NCBI GenBank assembly: GCA_950097015.1
Contig: CATNEN010000001.1
Location: 24,180,001-24,244,000 of the forward strand
Origin: Macrostomum hystrix
Lineage: Eukaryota > Animalia > Platyhelminthes
Direction: 5' to 3'
DNA: 64,000 nucleotides
In this document: positions 51,151 to 64,000 of the stretch, piece by piece
Layout of the letters: each line of letters begins with the position of its first letter
Position numbering within the stretch: position 1 is the stretch's first letter
Notes under the pieces: model-generated
Told to the model about the DNA's origin: nothing
Databases searched by the model: none
The model's input: only the letters and a program-made list of their open reading frames with translations
Program-made: the position numbers and the translations under genes

Positions 51151-52250
51151 CCGGGTTCAAGTTGTTATCGTAGAAATTGTAGGAAAAACACAAGAACAAG
51201 AACAAAATATTAAAACAAAAAAGTGAATGTGAATAACAACAACGGGCACTCGGTTGGGTCTGATGCTGCTGCTGATAATGTTAATGTGGATGACAATAGC
51301 AATGCAAGTGTTGTCGTTTCACTTTTTACTCTTCAAGCATCAGGGATCAGCCAAAAATTAAATAGCACACTACAGCCTCACTATACACACCTGACGACAA
51401 GTACTTTCAAGCTATAGAAAAGTAATAATTACTTGGATACAGGTAAGATAATTTAAACAGGTAGCCAATGCAATAGTGATAACAATAATAATAAAACTTC
51501 ACCGACTTCGAATTTCATATCGAGCTTGCTTCGAAGACAAATTGTCACTCTAGAAAACAGGTACGGATAAGAGAGCTGTAACTTGGACAGTCGGTGAGGT
51601 CGCTCATGCTCATGCGGTACTAGTAAATAGAATCAGATTAGAATAGGGCATTGCTACTTGTTTGTTTGCTTTGCTTTTGTTAAATTAGACAGCTCCGAAC
51701 ATGCGGATTCTGTGGGGCGCAGAGACATGTAAAAGCAGTGGGGATTTTCAAGCCAGACAGATGCAATACCAGGTCGCTGGGCAAGTTATCAAATGTCAAT
51801 GCACTGAAAACAAGCCTGCCTTTTTCTCTAATAAACACAAAAAAGTAATCACTACCGCCCGAAACGCATGCGACCAGCAAATATTATTTAGTAGAAACGG
51901 GACACAAACAGTAAAAACGCGAACAAACTAGGAGCGACGAAAAACTGACGCTATGTTTCTTGAAAACTATTGCAGCTCATTAATTACCATGGCAACAATT
52001 CAAAGTTGAGACTTCAACTTTAACTGTGTCAGTTCATTAATATCAATGGCTAACAAGTTTTGATCGATCAATTTTAAGAAAAAATTAACGAACTTTCTTT
52101 CCGCCAGTGCATCGACAGCGCATAACAACCCACCAAATACAGCAACTCCAAAAGTATTTTCCAGGCTAGGCAAATCTCACGGTAGAAAATGTTAGCACGG
52201 ATGTACTGAAGCAGATGAGCTCACAACTTCTCTCAACTCAATCGTGCAAA

Positions 52251-53387
52251 TTACCAGCGACCGCCGCGGTTGAAGCCCCCGCCGCGGTTGTAGCCGCCGC
52301 CTCCACCACCACCTCCATAGCCACCCCTGCCGTAGCTGTTATTGTAGGCCAATCGGCCCGGCCCTGAGAAACCGCCGACGCTCCGGCCTGGACCGAAACC
52401 GCGATTGCCGCCGCGACCGCGGAAAGGATTTTGAAATTGATGCCGCGGCACGTGACCGAATGTCTCGGAGTTCAGCTTGCGTTCCTCGCGCCAGTTTGGC
52501 TTACCGCCGCCGCCGCCACCAACTCCGGGCTTATCAACGACCTCCGAGCTGATGTTGTCGAAGAATGACTTTGACTTGTCGTAGGCGACAGCCTCTTCGC
52601 CCCCAGAGGCTCCGTCAATTGAAGCGGCGTCGCCGGCCGCAGCGCCGTTGTCGTTACCATCGACGCCGGGGTCCGAGTCACCGCCGGACACGGAGATCTT
52701 CTGCAGCTCCTTGGCCAGGTCTTCGTTGGCCGACTCAAAGTCGTAATCACCGTCGAATTTCATGCCGCCAGGACGAGGACCGCCGCCGGCGTGTGGTGGC
52801 ATCGGACGGCCCATGCCGCCGCCGTGACCGCCACGGTAGCCAATCGGACGACGGAAGCCGCCACCGATTGGCATGGGGCCACCGCGGAAGCCACCACCGC
52901 CGCGTCTGAACTCGCTGCTGCCTATGGAGTGATGCTGCTGCTGCTGATATTGCTGCTGCTGGAAGCGATTAGGAGCTGTGTCCGGGCGACGATTTTCGTA
53001 ACTTCCGCCGCCGCCGTAGCCGCCACGCTGATTTTGATGCTGTTGCTGGTTTTGCTGACGCTGCTGATACGGTCTCTGCTGATTTTGATGCTGATTCTGA
53101 TACTGATCCTGACGTCCACGCTGGTTGCCGGCTGGAGCGCTGTCGGGTGGCTGCTGCTGCATTCGATTGTTTGTAGGTGGCGGCGGACCTTGCGACGAGC
53201 GAGCGTTTTGATGCTGCTGCTGCTGCTGCTGATGCTGCTGCTCCTGTTGCTGTCGCTGCCGCGGCTGGGGCTGAGACGGCTGCTGAGGCTGTCGCTGCGA
53301 TGACTGGTGCTGCTGCTGATTTGGTGGCGGCTGACTAACAATACTAGCCATTGACGGCGGCTGCGGAGGACCACCAGAGCTGCCAAA
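52251..53387 (-). CDS. LSM14: LSM14/Scd6/Trailer hitch, exon 2
   Basis: FDF motif ([12 protein letters not shown]), FFD box ([12 protein letters not shown]), TFG box ([13 protein letters not shown]) and RGG tail. Acceptor cttcttttag|TTT. Confidence 0.93.
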   Translation of the reverse strand, partial: FGSSGGPPQPPSMASIVSQPPPNQQQHQSSQRQPQQPSQPQPRQRQQQEQQHQQQQQQHQNARSSQGPPPPTNNRMQQQPPDSAPAGNQRGRQDQYQNQHQNQQRPYQQRQQNQQQHQNQRGGYGGGGSYENRRPDTAPNRFQQQQYQQQQHHSIGSSEFRRGGGGFRGGPMPIGGGFRRPIGYRGGHGGGMGRPMPPHAGGGPRPGGMKFDGDYDFESANEDLAKELQKISVSGGDSDPGVDGNDNGAAAGDAASIDGASGGEEAVAYDKSKSFFDNISSEVVDKPGVGGGGGGKPNWREERKLNSETFGHVPRHQFQNPFRGRGGNRGFGPGRSVGGFSGPGRLAYNNSYGRGGYGGGGGGGGYNRGGGFNRGGRW

Positions 53388-53470
53388 CTAAAAGAAGACA
53401 AAACTTGTTTAAAAGTACTACTTAATGCGAAATAACGGAACGATATCGCATCGGATATCAAAAATCTTAC

Positions 53471-54040
53471 CAAACCTACCAGTTTGCCTACTCCAAATGC
53501 GCCGGAACCAACTGGCGGTGGCGGCTGCTGCTGCTGCATTGGTGGCGGACCGCCTCTAGCCGAATTAGTCGATTGCTGCATCGACTGAAACTGCTGCTGA
53601 TTCTGAGGCGGCAGCGGCGGCGGAGGCATGGAGGTCTGTAGCTGACTAATTGGCGCCATGCCTGGCGATGCCAATCCGTGCTGCATTGAGGACGAAGGAG
53701 GCGGCATTCTTGGATAGCCAGGCGGAGTTGTCGGCTTAGTGTCGATCTTCACAATAGCCGGATCCTGTTGAACAAGGCCTCCGCTCAGCTTGGGAGGCTC
53801 GCACACGTGCAAATCGCTAATGTCGCTGCCGCGAAAGATGATGTACTCGTAGACTTCGTCGCGCGGAGGCACCGGACGATCGCACGGCCGGTCCTCGGTG
53901 CCAAATGACTTTACCTTGGACAGGGCCACAGTAGACTCCACCGTGTCAATTGTGTAGAGTGTGCCCTCATACCGAATGGCAGCCTTGGAGATTAGGCTAA
54001 TCCGACTGCCCAGATATGGCATAGCACCAGACTGGGACAT
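53471..54040 (-). CDS. LSM14: LSM14/Scd6/Trailer hitch, exon 1
   Basis: LSm14 domain [26 protein letters not shown]...SFGTEDR...[14 protein letters not shown]; donor TTG|gtaaga. The joined CDS is 1707 nt (568 aa). Confidence 0.93.
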
Positions 54041-54962
54041 TGTTCTATCTTGATTTAGATTAAAATTACCCCTAAGCAATAAATGCTCTGTGTCTCTGCT
54101 ATTAAATTTAAACAGATGGTCAATTATGCCTCTGGTGCTGCTTCACCAGACCTGCCCACTTAGCTGGAATAAAACAGTTAGGAAATTAGGAAATGAATGG
54201 CACTTGTCTTACTAATCACATAACTTCTTTTTACCTAAATACATATAACTTTTAAAATGTTAGTTACTTTATTAATAATTTCTTTATTAACATTTAGAGG
54301 CCATAAATTAATTTCCATAGAAACAACTTCTACCATGAAATCATGAAAAACTTTTTGAAAGACATCTACTGAATCTAGCTTTCTAGATAAAAAATGAATA
54401 TATATGGAATAAACAATTATAACATGGTGTCTGGTCTTAACTATTGCATCAGCCATAGAGAAAACTAATTTTCAATTATTGTGCATTACTTTGTGCAAAT
54501 AAAAGAACATATAGTATGCAAATTTTAATCTAAAATAACAGTACTAGATAATTATATTACATATAACAAAACAAAGACACAAAACAGTTGTTTAGATTTA
54601 AGTTTTAAATAGTTAAAATTTGCTTTTACAATGTCTTACATGTGGCTTTTAAAGGTTATTTATATCTTTTGTATTCTTTATTTGTCATTACATCTAATAA
54701 TATACATAAATTCATTAAAACCCAGCTTTGCTGTGTATAAAAGCATATAGGCTGTAAAAGTATATATATATATATATTATATTGTTGAATTGCATGGCAA
54801 TTGAGATACATTTATTTATCTGCCACTTAGCATATGTTAAAATTTCAATTGGAAAATTTCATAAGAAACTTTTGGAGCAGATTGTCTCTTGTTATAGCAG
54901 GAATATATTAAGGATCTAGAGATCAAGCCTTGTGGCTTAAGAAATGAGCAAATTTGAGCTTG

Positions 54963-57900
54963 TGTAACATTATTGTCCCTTTCCCTCAAAATGGTGCACT
55001 GGTTTATTTAAGTAATGTATTTATCTAGTTATAAATTTTGTTATAAGGTATGTTAATCCCTTTATATTTAAAAGTCATATTCGCATCTTTTTCGTGTGTG
55101 GCGCGGGCAAGCGTTGCTCTGATATAACCAATAAATACTTTCGTAGTAAGATAATTCGAAAAAATATAATTTATATCGTTCCGGCTACATTGGCGACCAC
55201 GCTTATAATGAACTATTGGATCAACTGGTGTCATCAATTGCATTTAAAAAAAAAGAAATTTTGCTCATCATACTGTCAACTGAGCAATTTGTATTAATCA
55301 ACTGCGTTATTGCAAATATCAACTAATATTCTGAGAAAATTTTAAAAGATACTTGAATATTTAATTAATCTTTCATTGCTTAAGTTAATTGTTCATCATT
55401 GTCATTGCATCATCAATTGGTACCAATACTATGGTTTGTCCAGCTTTACAATACTTCAACCTGCAAATGTTATTTTGTGGTACTTATTGACAAAGAACAT
55501 TATTTGCAGTGAGCTACTATTAATATTAATTTGGCCTATTGTCCCATTGGCTATTTGCTACATTATTTTGTCAAAGAAATAAATTGTCATGGCACCTAAA
55601 AAGGCACCACCAACAGGAAGACTAACAAGATCTAAAGCCAATGTCAGTATGAAATCTGCAAAGAGTGTTGTCAAAAATGAAAGCACAAAGCCAAAAAATT
55701 TGAGTAATCAATCTACTACTAGCAATTGTCCTAATGCCAATGGAGCAAGTAATATCAAAGTTGGTGCTAATTGTGTCAACAATGTTTCCTTGTCACCATT
55801 TGCTATACCATCAAAGATGGAGCACAATGAAGCCATTGAAAAGAGTCTATTAAACCAAACTTCTACTAAGAGTACTCAGCCTAGTCAGGCAAAGTCTCAG
55901 CTTGAACCTAGTCATCTAACAGCCCAGGGGGCACATTTACAAAAAAAACCATGAATGGGACCCAATCTCCATTCAAAACCCAACAGAATTGAGACCAAGC
56001 CAACATCCAATTGCTAGCTCAATTCTGCAACCTACAATTCTTTCTCAGCCAACAGGAATGTCATTGCCACTATTTCAACTATCAAGAATATATCATTGCC
56101 ACCAATCCCAAAGCCAGCTGTAATGGCAAAGAAGAGTTTTCTGACTTCTTATGTCGAATTGAAAATTATATTAGCTGATTTTCTGGCTTGACAGAAACAC
56201 AGAAAATTCAGACATTGACTGCTTTTCTAGGACCAGCTCAAAGTACCTACCGATCATGGCTAGCTAGCACCTATGTGACACACAGTGTCCCTGCTAATAC
56301 ACCATTAGAGAATATCATTGGTGTAACTTTTCTTGAGTGTACTCAATTCCTTCAAAGCCGACATGGTCAGAAGAGCAATATTGTCCTAAGGCGTGAACTG
56401 CGAAGTCTGTGTAGGAAGCCAACTGAATCCTTTGAGCAATTTCTAACAACATTAAAGAACCTTGCTTTCCAAGCTTATCCTGATTCTATTGCAGCAGAAG
56501 TAGTACAAGCAATGATCCTTGACCAGTTTATTACACGAATCAATGATCAGAGTCATGGAGCATTTATCAAACCTGAACTACCTAGAGACACCAGAGCAAG
56601 CATTACAGATTGCTCAGCAAGTCCGAGAGACACAACAGCTACTTGCTACACAGTCTAGGGCTACAAATAGCCAACAAGTGTTTTCAGCCCAAGTAGACCA
56701 AGGTCACCAGAAAGGAAGACACTAAGGCAAGCAGAATCAGTCAAATGTAGTCAACAATAGACAGCAATTCCAGCCAAACCAGACTCATGTGCAATATCAG
56801 CACAATCAGCAACTACCAAGTAGTCAACTGCAGCAGCCAAATCTATACCACCAACACCGGCAGCAACCAATGCAAAGCCAGAATCAGCAACAGAGACCAG
56901 CAGCCAAGCTACAACCAAGCATTCCAACCACATGACAATGTCAATGGCCAACAAGCTTTTAGGCAGCAGCAGCAGCTTATCTGCTATAGATGTCATCAAC
57001 CTGGACATGTCCAAAGAATGTGCCCAAACTTGGCACAGGCTGGCTCAGGGGCCAGACCCCAGCCTCATCATTAAGTGGCCCTAGCCGAAGGCTCAACAAT
57101 GTCAAAGTGCCAGAACTAGAAACTATAAATATTAATAGTGTATCAAATATCAAATAATGTTATGTATGTATCAACTAAACTATTCTCAAAGAACATTTCT
57201 TGCCTAATTGACACTGGTGCATCAGCTACAATTGTCAGCTCATCTTCAGCTCATAGCAAGCCTCTACAATCTAAGACCTGTCAATGTCAAATTGCTTACT
57301 GCAGATGGAAACCAGCTCTCAGTACTTGGAAAACTATCTTAAAAATTTAGATTTGGAGACCTAATTTGCCAGCATGAAGTTATTGTTTCTAAAGATATTC
57401 AGCATTCTATTGTTCTAGGTTGTGATTTCTTCTCAAAATTTAACATCTCAATACACCCAGCTCAAGGTGTCATCACATTCAATGATTATAAGAAAAGCTT
57501 TCCTACTCGAAGAACTACTGACATCCAAAGAAGCTGCAAAGTTAAGTCAACTAGTACTGTCAATCTTCCACCAGGTCATGCAGCAACAATTCCAATAAAG
57601 CCAACTGTGTCTACCCAATCTTTAGCACCAGGAGTATTCGAACCAAGCAAAAAGATTCCAGGACTACTAATTGCAAGAACTGTCGATCTGGTGAAGAACG
57701 AGGGCATGAACATAATTAATTCTAACTTAGAAAGAGAATTAGTCATAAAAGAAAACGAAATAATTGGATTTTTTACGCCATTAGACAACCGAGGAGAGAC
57801 CTGTGTTATCATGGAAGAAGAGGAAGACAGAAAAATAATGGAGTCACCAAGTGAACATGAAGTTAAAGAAGCTCATCCACCATTTCAAATAGCTGAAGAC

Positions 57901-60900
57901 CTCTCCGAGACAGAGAAGAAAGCTGTTACTGAGATCCTGAATGAGTACAGCGACATGTTTTCTAAGGATAGTAAACTTGGACGAACTGGTCTATTAAAGC
58001 ATACCATAGACACTGGTACATCAGTTCCAATCAGAGAATCGCTAAGAAGAGCAGCGTTGCCGACCATCAAGGAGCAAGAGAAGCTAATCCAGCAGATGCT
58101 GAATGACAATGTCATACAGCCATCAATGTCACCATGGGCTGCACCTGTCATTTTAGTTAAAAAGAAAGACGGAAGCTCGCGATTCTGTGTCGACTTTAGA
58201 AAATTAAATGCTGCAACTAAGCCAGATGCATTCCCAGTGCCTAGAATCGACGACATGCTAGATGCTTTGTCAGGCAATGTCTATTTTTCTGCACTAGACA
58301 TACAAGCAGGTTACTGGCAAGTAGAGATGGAAGAGAAAGATCGAGAGAAAACTGCATTCATCTGTCACCATAGACTTTTCGAATTTAATGTTATGCCTTT
58401 TGGCCTGCGAAATGCTCCATCAACATTTCAGAGACTCATCCAGATGGTCCTGCAAGGTCTAACTTGGGACGCGTGCTTAGCTTACATCGACGATGTCATC
58501 CTAATGGGTCAGAACCTAGAGGTCCATAATGAGAGACTTAAACTAGTTCTTGGACAATTAAGAGCAGCAAATCTTTGTCTTAAGCCTAGCAAGTGCACTT
58601 TTGCTGCCAAATCGCTGAAGATTTTACGACATGTGATAACACCACAAGGAGTTGCAGTAGATGATGAAAAGATTGAAGTGATCAAGAGATGGCCAAGACC
58701 AACAAATCAGAAGGATGTTAAAAGTTTCCTAGGTCTCACCTCATATTACAGACGATTTATCAAAGAGTATTCAAAGATTGCCGAACCTATGAGAACGTTA
58801 ACAACTGATTGAAAATTCATCTGGAACGATAATGCAGAAGAAAGTTTTTCTCGTCTAAAGTCTGTTTTAACATCAGCACCAGTCTTAGCGTTACCACAAA
58901 TGTCAGACGAAAACTGTGAATTCTTTCTTGATACCGATGCAAGTGACACAGCCATTGGATGTGTACTATCTCAGATGCAGAACGGCCAAGAAAAAGTAAT
59001 TGCTTATGGCAGTCGAGTTCTCAATACAGCTGAAAGAAACTATTGTGTTACTCGTCGTGAACTTCTAGCTGTTGTGGAGTTTGTGAAAAAGTTTCGTTCA
59101 AACTTAGCACTGAGAAAGTTTACAGTTTGAGTTGACCACCAGGCACTAACATACCTGCTAGAAGAGTATTCAAAGATTAAAGATTTTGAAGTTGCAGAGC
59201 GAGACAGAATGTCACTGGAGAGTTTAAGGCATTAATGGCGTAATGCACTATTTGTCTAAGTCTAAACCTGTTCCAGTCCTACCGCAATGCAAGCAAGAAA
59301 GCTTCATCAAAGAGATCCACAAGATGGGCCATTTTGGCATCGAAAAGACTAGAACTTCTGTCAGGGAGCGTGCATATTGGCCTAAATTAGATCTATAGAT
59401 CTTGAGCTGTCGGTCAAAGCATGCATTCTGTGTCAAAAATCAAAGCCAATGTCAATGACTCCAGGACTATTGCAGCCAATTGCTACACTGAATTGGATTT
59501 GACATAGTAAAAGTAGCTACCTCGAGGCAAGGCAACAATTGATTGCTCACGATAATTGACTACTTTACAAAGTGGACAGAATTGATACTGATCCTAGACG
59601 AAAGAGCGAACACCATGGCAAGAGCACTTTTCGATGGATGGATATCTAGATGGGGAGCACCTCACATTATTCATTCCGATCGTGGTAGCAACGCGGATCG
59701 TCAATAGCCTATGCAAGATCCTTGACATTCAAAAGACTCGCACTACTTATTTTCATCCCCAATGTGACAGACTCATTGAAAGTTTTCACAGAACATTGCA
59801 CAGCATTCTGCGATGCTATCTGCAAACTGTCGATCCAGAAGACTGGCAGGACGTCATTCCTCATTGCCTCCTGGCCTACAGGAGCACAGTTCACAGCAGT
59901 ACCGGCTTTACGCCCCATTTTCTAATGACTGGTCGTAAAGTTATGCTCCCACTCGATCTCGTGTACCGAGTTGCTGAGCCAGTCAGCACTGCTGTAACCT
60001 TTGCCAGATCAACGAAGGAACGTCTACTAAAAGCTTTTGAAAGTGTCAGAGTCTGTTGAATCTGTGCAGTGGTGTCAGAAGCGCTTTTATGACAGAAAGT
60101 GCAAGAAGAGGAAGTTCAAGGTTGGATCTTTGGTCTGGATCTTTGTTCCACTATCAGTCCTGAGGCAGCGTGAACCTTGTTTGTCAATTAAACACCATGC
60201 CCCATGGACTGGACCATTCTGTGTCACTAGGAAATTGACCAACCTGACCTACAAAGTGAAGTCGATTGACGAACATCAGAAAGTCAAGATTGTCAATGTA
60301 GAAAAGATGAAAAAGTACATCCCACCAAGAAGGCAGGAAGCATTGCTGCAGGACGAAGAGTGTGATGATCAAGAACTGAATGAATCCGAGCAAATTGAGC
60401 ATGTAGATTGGGTCATCGTTGAAAAGATCTAAAAGTCAAAAATTTAATGTCTAATTGCAAAAGATACTACTACAACTATTGCTGTCGAATTAACTTCAAC
60501 TGCTAGTCACCAAATTGCTGTTGTGAACTACTAAAACTACTTGTTTACTGATCCATTGTGTGGACTGTCTGCCACGAACTATCATTCATTGGAACCTGTG
60601 ATTTTGAGCTACTGTTATGGCATTTCTGGTTGTTACTGTTCGAGCGAGAACTACTTACTACTGTGCAACTGACTGATGGCTGAATTGCTGATCAAATCTC
60701 ATGTTACTACTACTATAGGAGCTGCACTCTAGCCTGACGTCTCCATAATAATTGTGTCGTTAACTCTTTACTTTAGTTGTGACTTGTAATTATTTTTTTT
60801 CTGAATTCAGTGCTATGTAAACTGTTTTCTATTCTTAAATTGTTGCTATATTTGCTCTACGAAATGCTATTGCCTTAAATGCTCTTTGTTTGTGAAGTCA

Positions 60901-62200
60901 CAAATTGTTATACCATGTTGTCGTATCACTGTATTCTAATATTTTGCGCATTTTAGAACTTCAGTAAATATTACTAATATGTATTATCATTCCTTGTTCT
61001 TTATTCATATTTTTTCGCTTAAAACTTGCAAACAAAAAAAAGAAGAAAATATGTTTCTGTACTGTATTTTGGCCGTGCATATTTTTATTCTCCCCTGCGA
61101 AATAATTTAGATGCTGCATATGAACTTGTGAATTTTGCATGTCCTTGCATAAATATTTTTTTTGCTGCCGAATGCGATAAATATTTTTCTCTCTATTTAC
61201 AAATTACAAGTTGTTTCCTGATATGTGTTCGTGTTTAAACCACTATTATTGTATACAATTGTTCTTCTCACTGTTTGTATAGCATTGTGCCTCAATACTT
61301 GTTGTTGTCGCTCACTTTTGCGCCTTTGTTTCATTCCAATCTGTCAATTATTAAAAACTTTGTCATAGTACCTTCAGTAGAGTGTTGCGTGTAATTTCGA
61401 GTCAGTACTATTATTTATTCAATATTATTGTGTCAAACTGTATGTCATACTTTCACTTATAAATTGTGTAGTTGCCGCCTGTCGTTATCTGTAGTTGTTG
61501 CCTGTTCAGTAACTTTCATATCCTATGAGCTCATTCTTAAAGTGTTAGCTCATGGCATATTCAGTCTCTGTGCATCGTAAAGCATTGTCGAGCAAAGTCA
61601 TTTTTTCTGATTTTTTCTGCGTGCAAATGGCCATTCAGAATAAATTTGCTCTAACTGTACACGTACTTCTGCTTCTGGCGGTCGTTCATCAGTTCGGTAA
61701 AGTTAAAAGTACATTTTGTTTTGTGTGCTTCATGACAACCTTGAGTCCCCAGATTTTTTTCTCTCGTTGTACTCTCGGCATGTCAGCACCTTACCAATAA
61801 TTGTTAATTCAAGTAAAAAAATTAATTAATGAAAACTGTCTACATTTCCCTTATAGCCAATTTTTTCTACCGTTCTACCATATACCTGTACCAACTTTCT
61901 ACTCATAGTAGTATGCTTCTAATCTTTACTCTACTGTAACAATGAGGACATTGTTTTTTCGGAAGAGGGGGTAATGTAACATTATTGTCCCTTTCCCTCA
62001 AAATGGTGCACTGGTTTATTTAAGTAATGTATTTATCTAGTTATAATCTTTGTTATAATGTATGTTAATCCCTTTATATTTCAAAGTCATATTCGCTCTT
62101 TTTCGTGTCCGGCGCGGGTTAGCATTGAGCTGATATAACCAATAAATACTTTCGTAGTAAGATAATTTGAAAAAATATATTTTAAATCGTTCTGGCTACA
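54963..62200 (+). mobile_element. Full-length decayed Ty3/Gypsy LTR retrotransposon
   Basis: LTRs 54963-55189 and 61975-62200 (TGTAAC...GCTACA), 4-bp TSD CTTG on both sides, PBS TGGCGACCACG at 55191 (tRNA-Arg-like, inferred), PPT GGAAGAGGGGG at 61961. Confidence 0.95.
55589..60432 (+). pseudogene. Gypsy gag-pol, frameshifted with in-frame stops
   Basis: Zn knuckle CYRCHQPGHVQRMC (~56982), protease LIDTGA, RT (RFCVDFRKLN, MPFGLRNAP, YIDD), RNase H (TDASD...ERNY..TRRELLA), integrase fragments and GPF motif, in PR-RT-RH-IN order. Confidence 0.93.
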
Positions 62201-62413
62201 CTTGCTAGCTTAGCAGTCTACAAATTTTAAATTCAGTCTATTGAGATGATTTTTTTGTTAGGCCTAATTTACTTAAAATATCAAAAAATAAATTATTAAT
62301 GTAAAAATAGAAACTTTTAATTGACTTTTACAAATAGAATCACTAAGCAACCAAGCATTTCATTTTTATAGAATCACTAAATAGTATTAAAAACAAATTT
62401 TAACTTAAAAAGC

Positions 62414-64000
62414 TGATGTAGGGTTATTTTTCAATTATTACACGTTACAATTCTTAGAAACATTTTCCCGCGCAAACTTATTATTTTGTTTTAAATTACG
62501 AAACTTTGTTTTAATGCACCAAATTTTTGTTTAACTGCACCGAAAAATAAAGGTTTTACTGAAGTCACGGATGTGAGGGGAGAAGTTTTACTATAAATAC
62601 ACGAGTGGAAGAGAGAGAAAAGTAACCTCGTGCCTGACGAAGTTCAGAATAAAGAAAGCTTGAATGTGAAGTGTTCGTGTTAAAGTTATTTGAGAAAAAG
62701 AGACATTGCGAAAGAGAAGTAAATAGAGTGAATAGAAAGCTGTAACTCTAGATCCACTGGAAAGCCCTATGAAACGGACTGAAGATTGAAATTGAAGACT
62801 GAACTGAAGATTGAATTGAAGGTTAACTGAATGATAATTGAAGACGGATAAAGACTGATAAAGACGGATAAAGATTGATACAAAGTACTTATAGAAATAA
62901 TACAGTAAAGATACCGGCCATACTGAAAGTATAACGCTACCAGATTGAACACATAACGCTACCAATTTGAATTGAGATAAAGCGAATAATTAAAAGACAT
63001 TTATAAGATTGACAAAAGTATAAAAGGCCTGTAACAACTTTGGTAACAGCAGTAGAATTAATTTAGCCCTACAACAACTTTGGTGGCATTGTTAGGAGTA
63101 ATATTTAATATAGACAGAGGCCTAGGACAACTTTGGTGGCAGCGGTGGGATCTAGAAACAGCGCAAATTATCAGACTTCACAAGCATGTTACTCCTAGTC
63201 GTGATTATGATGGTCATGGTGAACCAACAGCCAGCTCATCCCTCATTGTTTGAAGGACAGCAGGCAAATGAGAAGAGATCAGCTGGAAGAGGAAGAAGGA
63301 ATCATGAGACCATAACGAAGGACAACTTCCACATGTTTAACAGGTGCTACCTGTGTGGCACACCCGGAACATCAACAGAACCAAGAAGCAGAACTAGCGA
63401 AGAACAGAAGGACAAAAGACCAGGCTATCATGTGTGCAGAGTCGTCCTGAGACGCTCCGAGAATAAATGAAGGTTCCCGATAAGAACTCTGAAGGTCGAA
63501 ACTGAATCTGTAAATAGTGTATAAAAATGCTTTGTATATAAATTGCGTAAAAAGACAATAAAAAGAATAAAAAGAAAGACAAAAAAATGAGGTGCCTGAT
63601 TGGGAGAACAAATACATCACAGAAACACAAACACACACACATACACATACTCGTATGCAGTGATGCAGTAAAAGTGAGCAATTGAAAGTGAAAAAGTGGA
63701 ATAATCACTTGACTTTGAGAAAGAATTGAGAATTGATGAGAAGAGTTGCAGGAGGTACGCTTAATTGGCCAGCCAGACGGTCTGACCCAGCTACCGAATG
63801 TAAAGAAGTAAAAAGTTGGAATGTCAATTGTGCTGTCTAGCCTCATTGAAGGCTCAAGCCAAAAGAGAACATTTCCAAGAAGGAAGTGGAGAAAAGAGAT
63901 CAACAGTGGAGACAGTTAATTTAGTCTGCTCCTGAGATCTAGAGATGCCTCAAATTTGAGAAAGGGGAGAGAGAAAGATCAAAAGTGGAGACAGTTAATC
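62414..64000 (+). mobile_element. 5' part of a second LTR element with tRNA-Leu PBS (start uncertain; runs off window)
   Basis: TATA (ctataaat 62591), AATAAA (~62648), PBS TGGTGGCAGCGGTGGGAT at 63134 complementary to the tRNA-Leu 3' end, and a Zn-knuckle remnant CYLCGTPG(H) at ~63345. Candidate LTR starts: 62256, 62414, 62572. Confidence 0.65.

Noticed and set aside
50276-51213. Cys-rich 23-aa repeat protein or CRISPR array
   Set aside because: A 69-bp unit keeps several frames open by chance; there are no unique spacers or cas genes, and the context is eukaryotic.
52922-53470. C-terminal half of the 385-aa ORF 52922-54079
   Set aside because: Read-through into the 83-bp LSM14 intron and the wrong frame of exon 2.

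Overview
Eukaryotic (invertebrate metazoan) genomic DNA. The dense minisatellites, polyGln-rich GC-rich exons and splice acceptors just upstream of ATGs are reminiscent of the flatworm Macrostomum (inference, not verified). Host genes: a Gln-rich two-TM protein running off the left end (1-891, -), an intronless cytosolic sulfotransferase (23854-24762, -), a 4-exon RING-CH/MARCH-like two-TM protein (27015-31462, -), a 5-exon MAP2K7/MKK7 (39269-47264, -) head-to-head with a 3-exon COMMD2 (47832-49597, +), and a 2-exon LSM14 (52251-54040, -). Mobile DNA: a complete decayed Gypsy LTR retrotransposon with 4-bp TSD (54963-62200), the 5' end of a second LTR element carrying three tandem LTR-end/PBS units (~62400-64000), a Mutator-type MITE with 9-bp TSD (45829-46613), and tRNA-derived CORE-like SINEs. 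The first 16 kb is a near-identical 7.35-kb tandem duplication with a templated-insertion junction. About 18 different tandem arrays fill much of the first 42 kb, and most long ORFs in the supplied track are translations of them. Most notable: a SINE whose tRNA T-arm/B-box is amplified ~19-fold, the triple PBS, inverted pairs of same-family minisatellites, and sharply bounded CpG-free domains.
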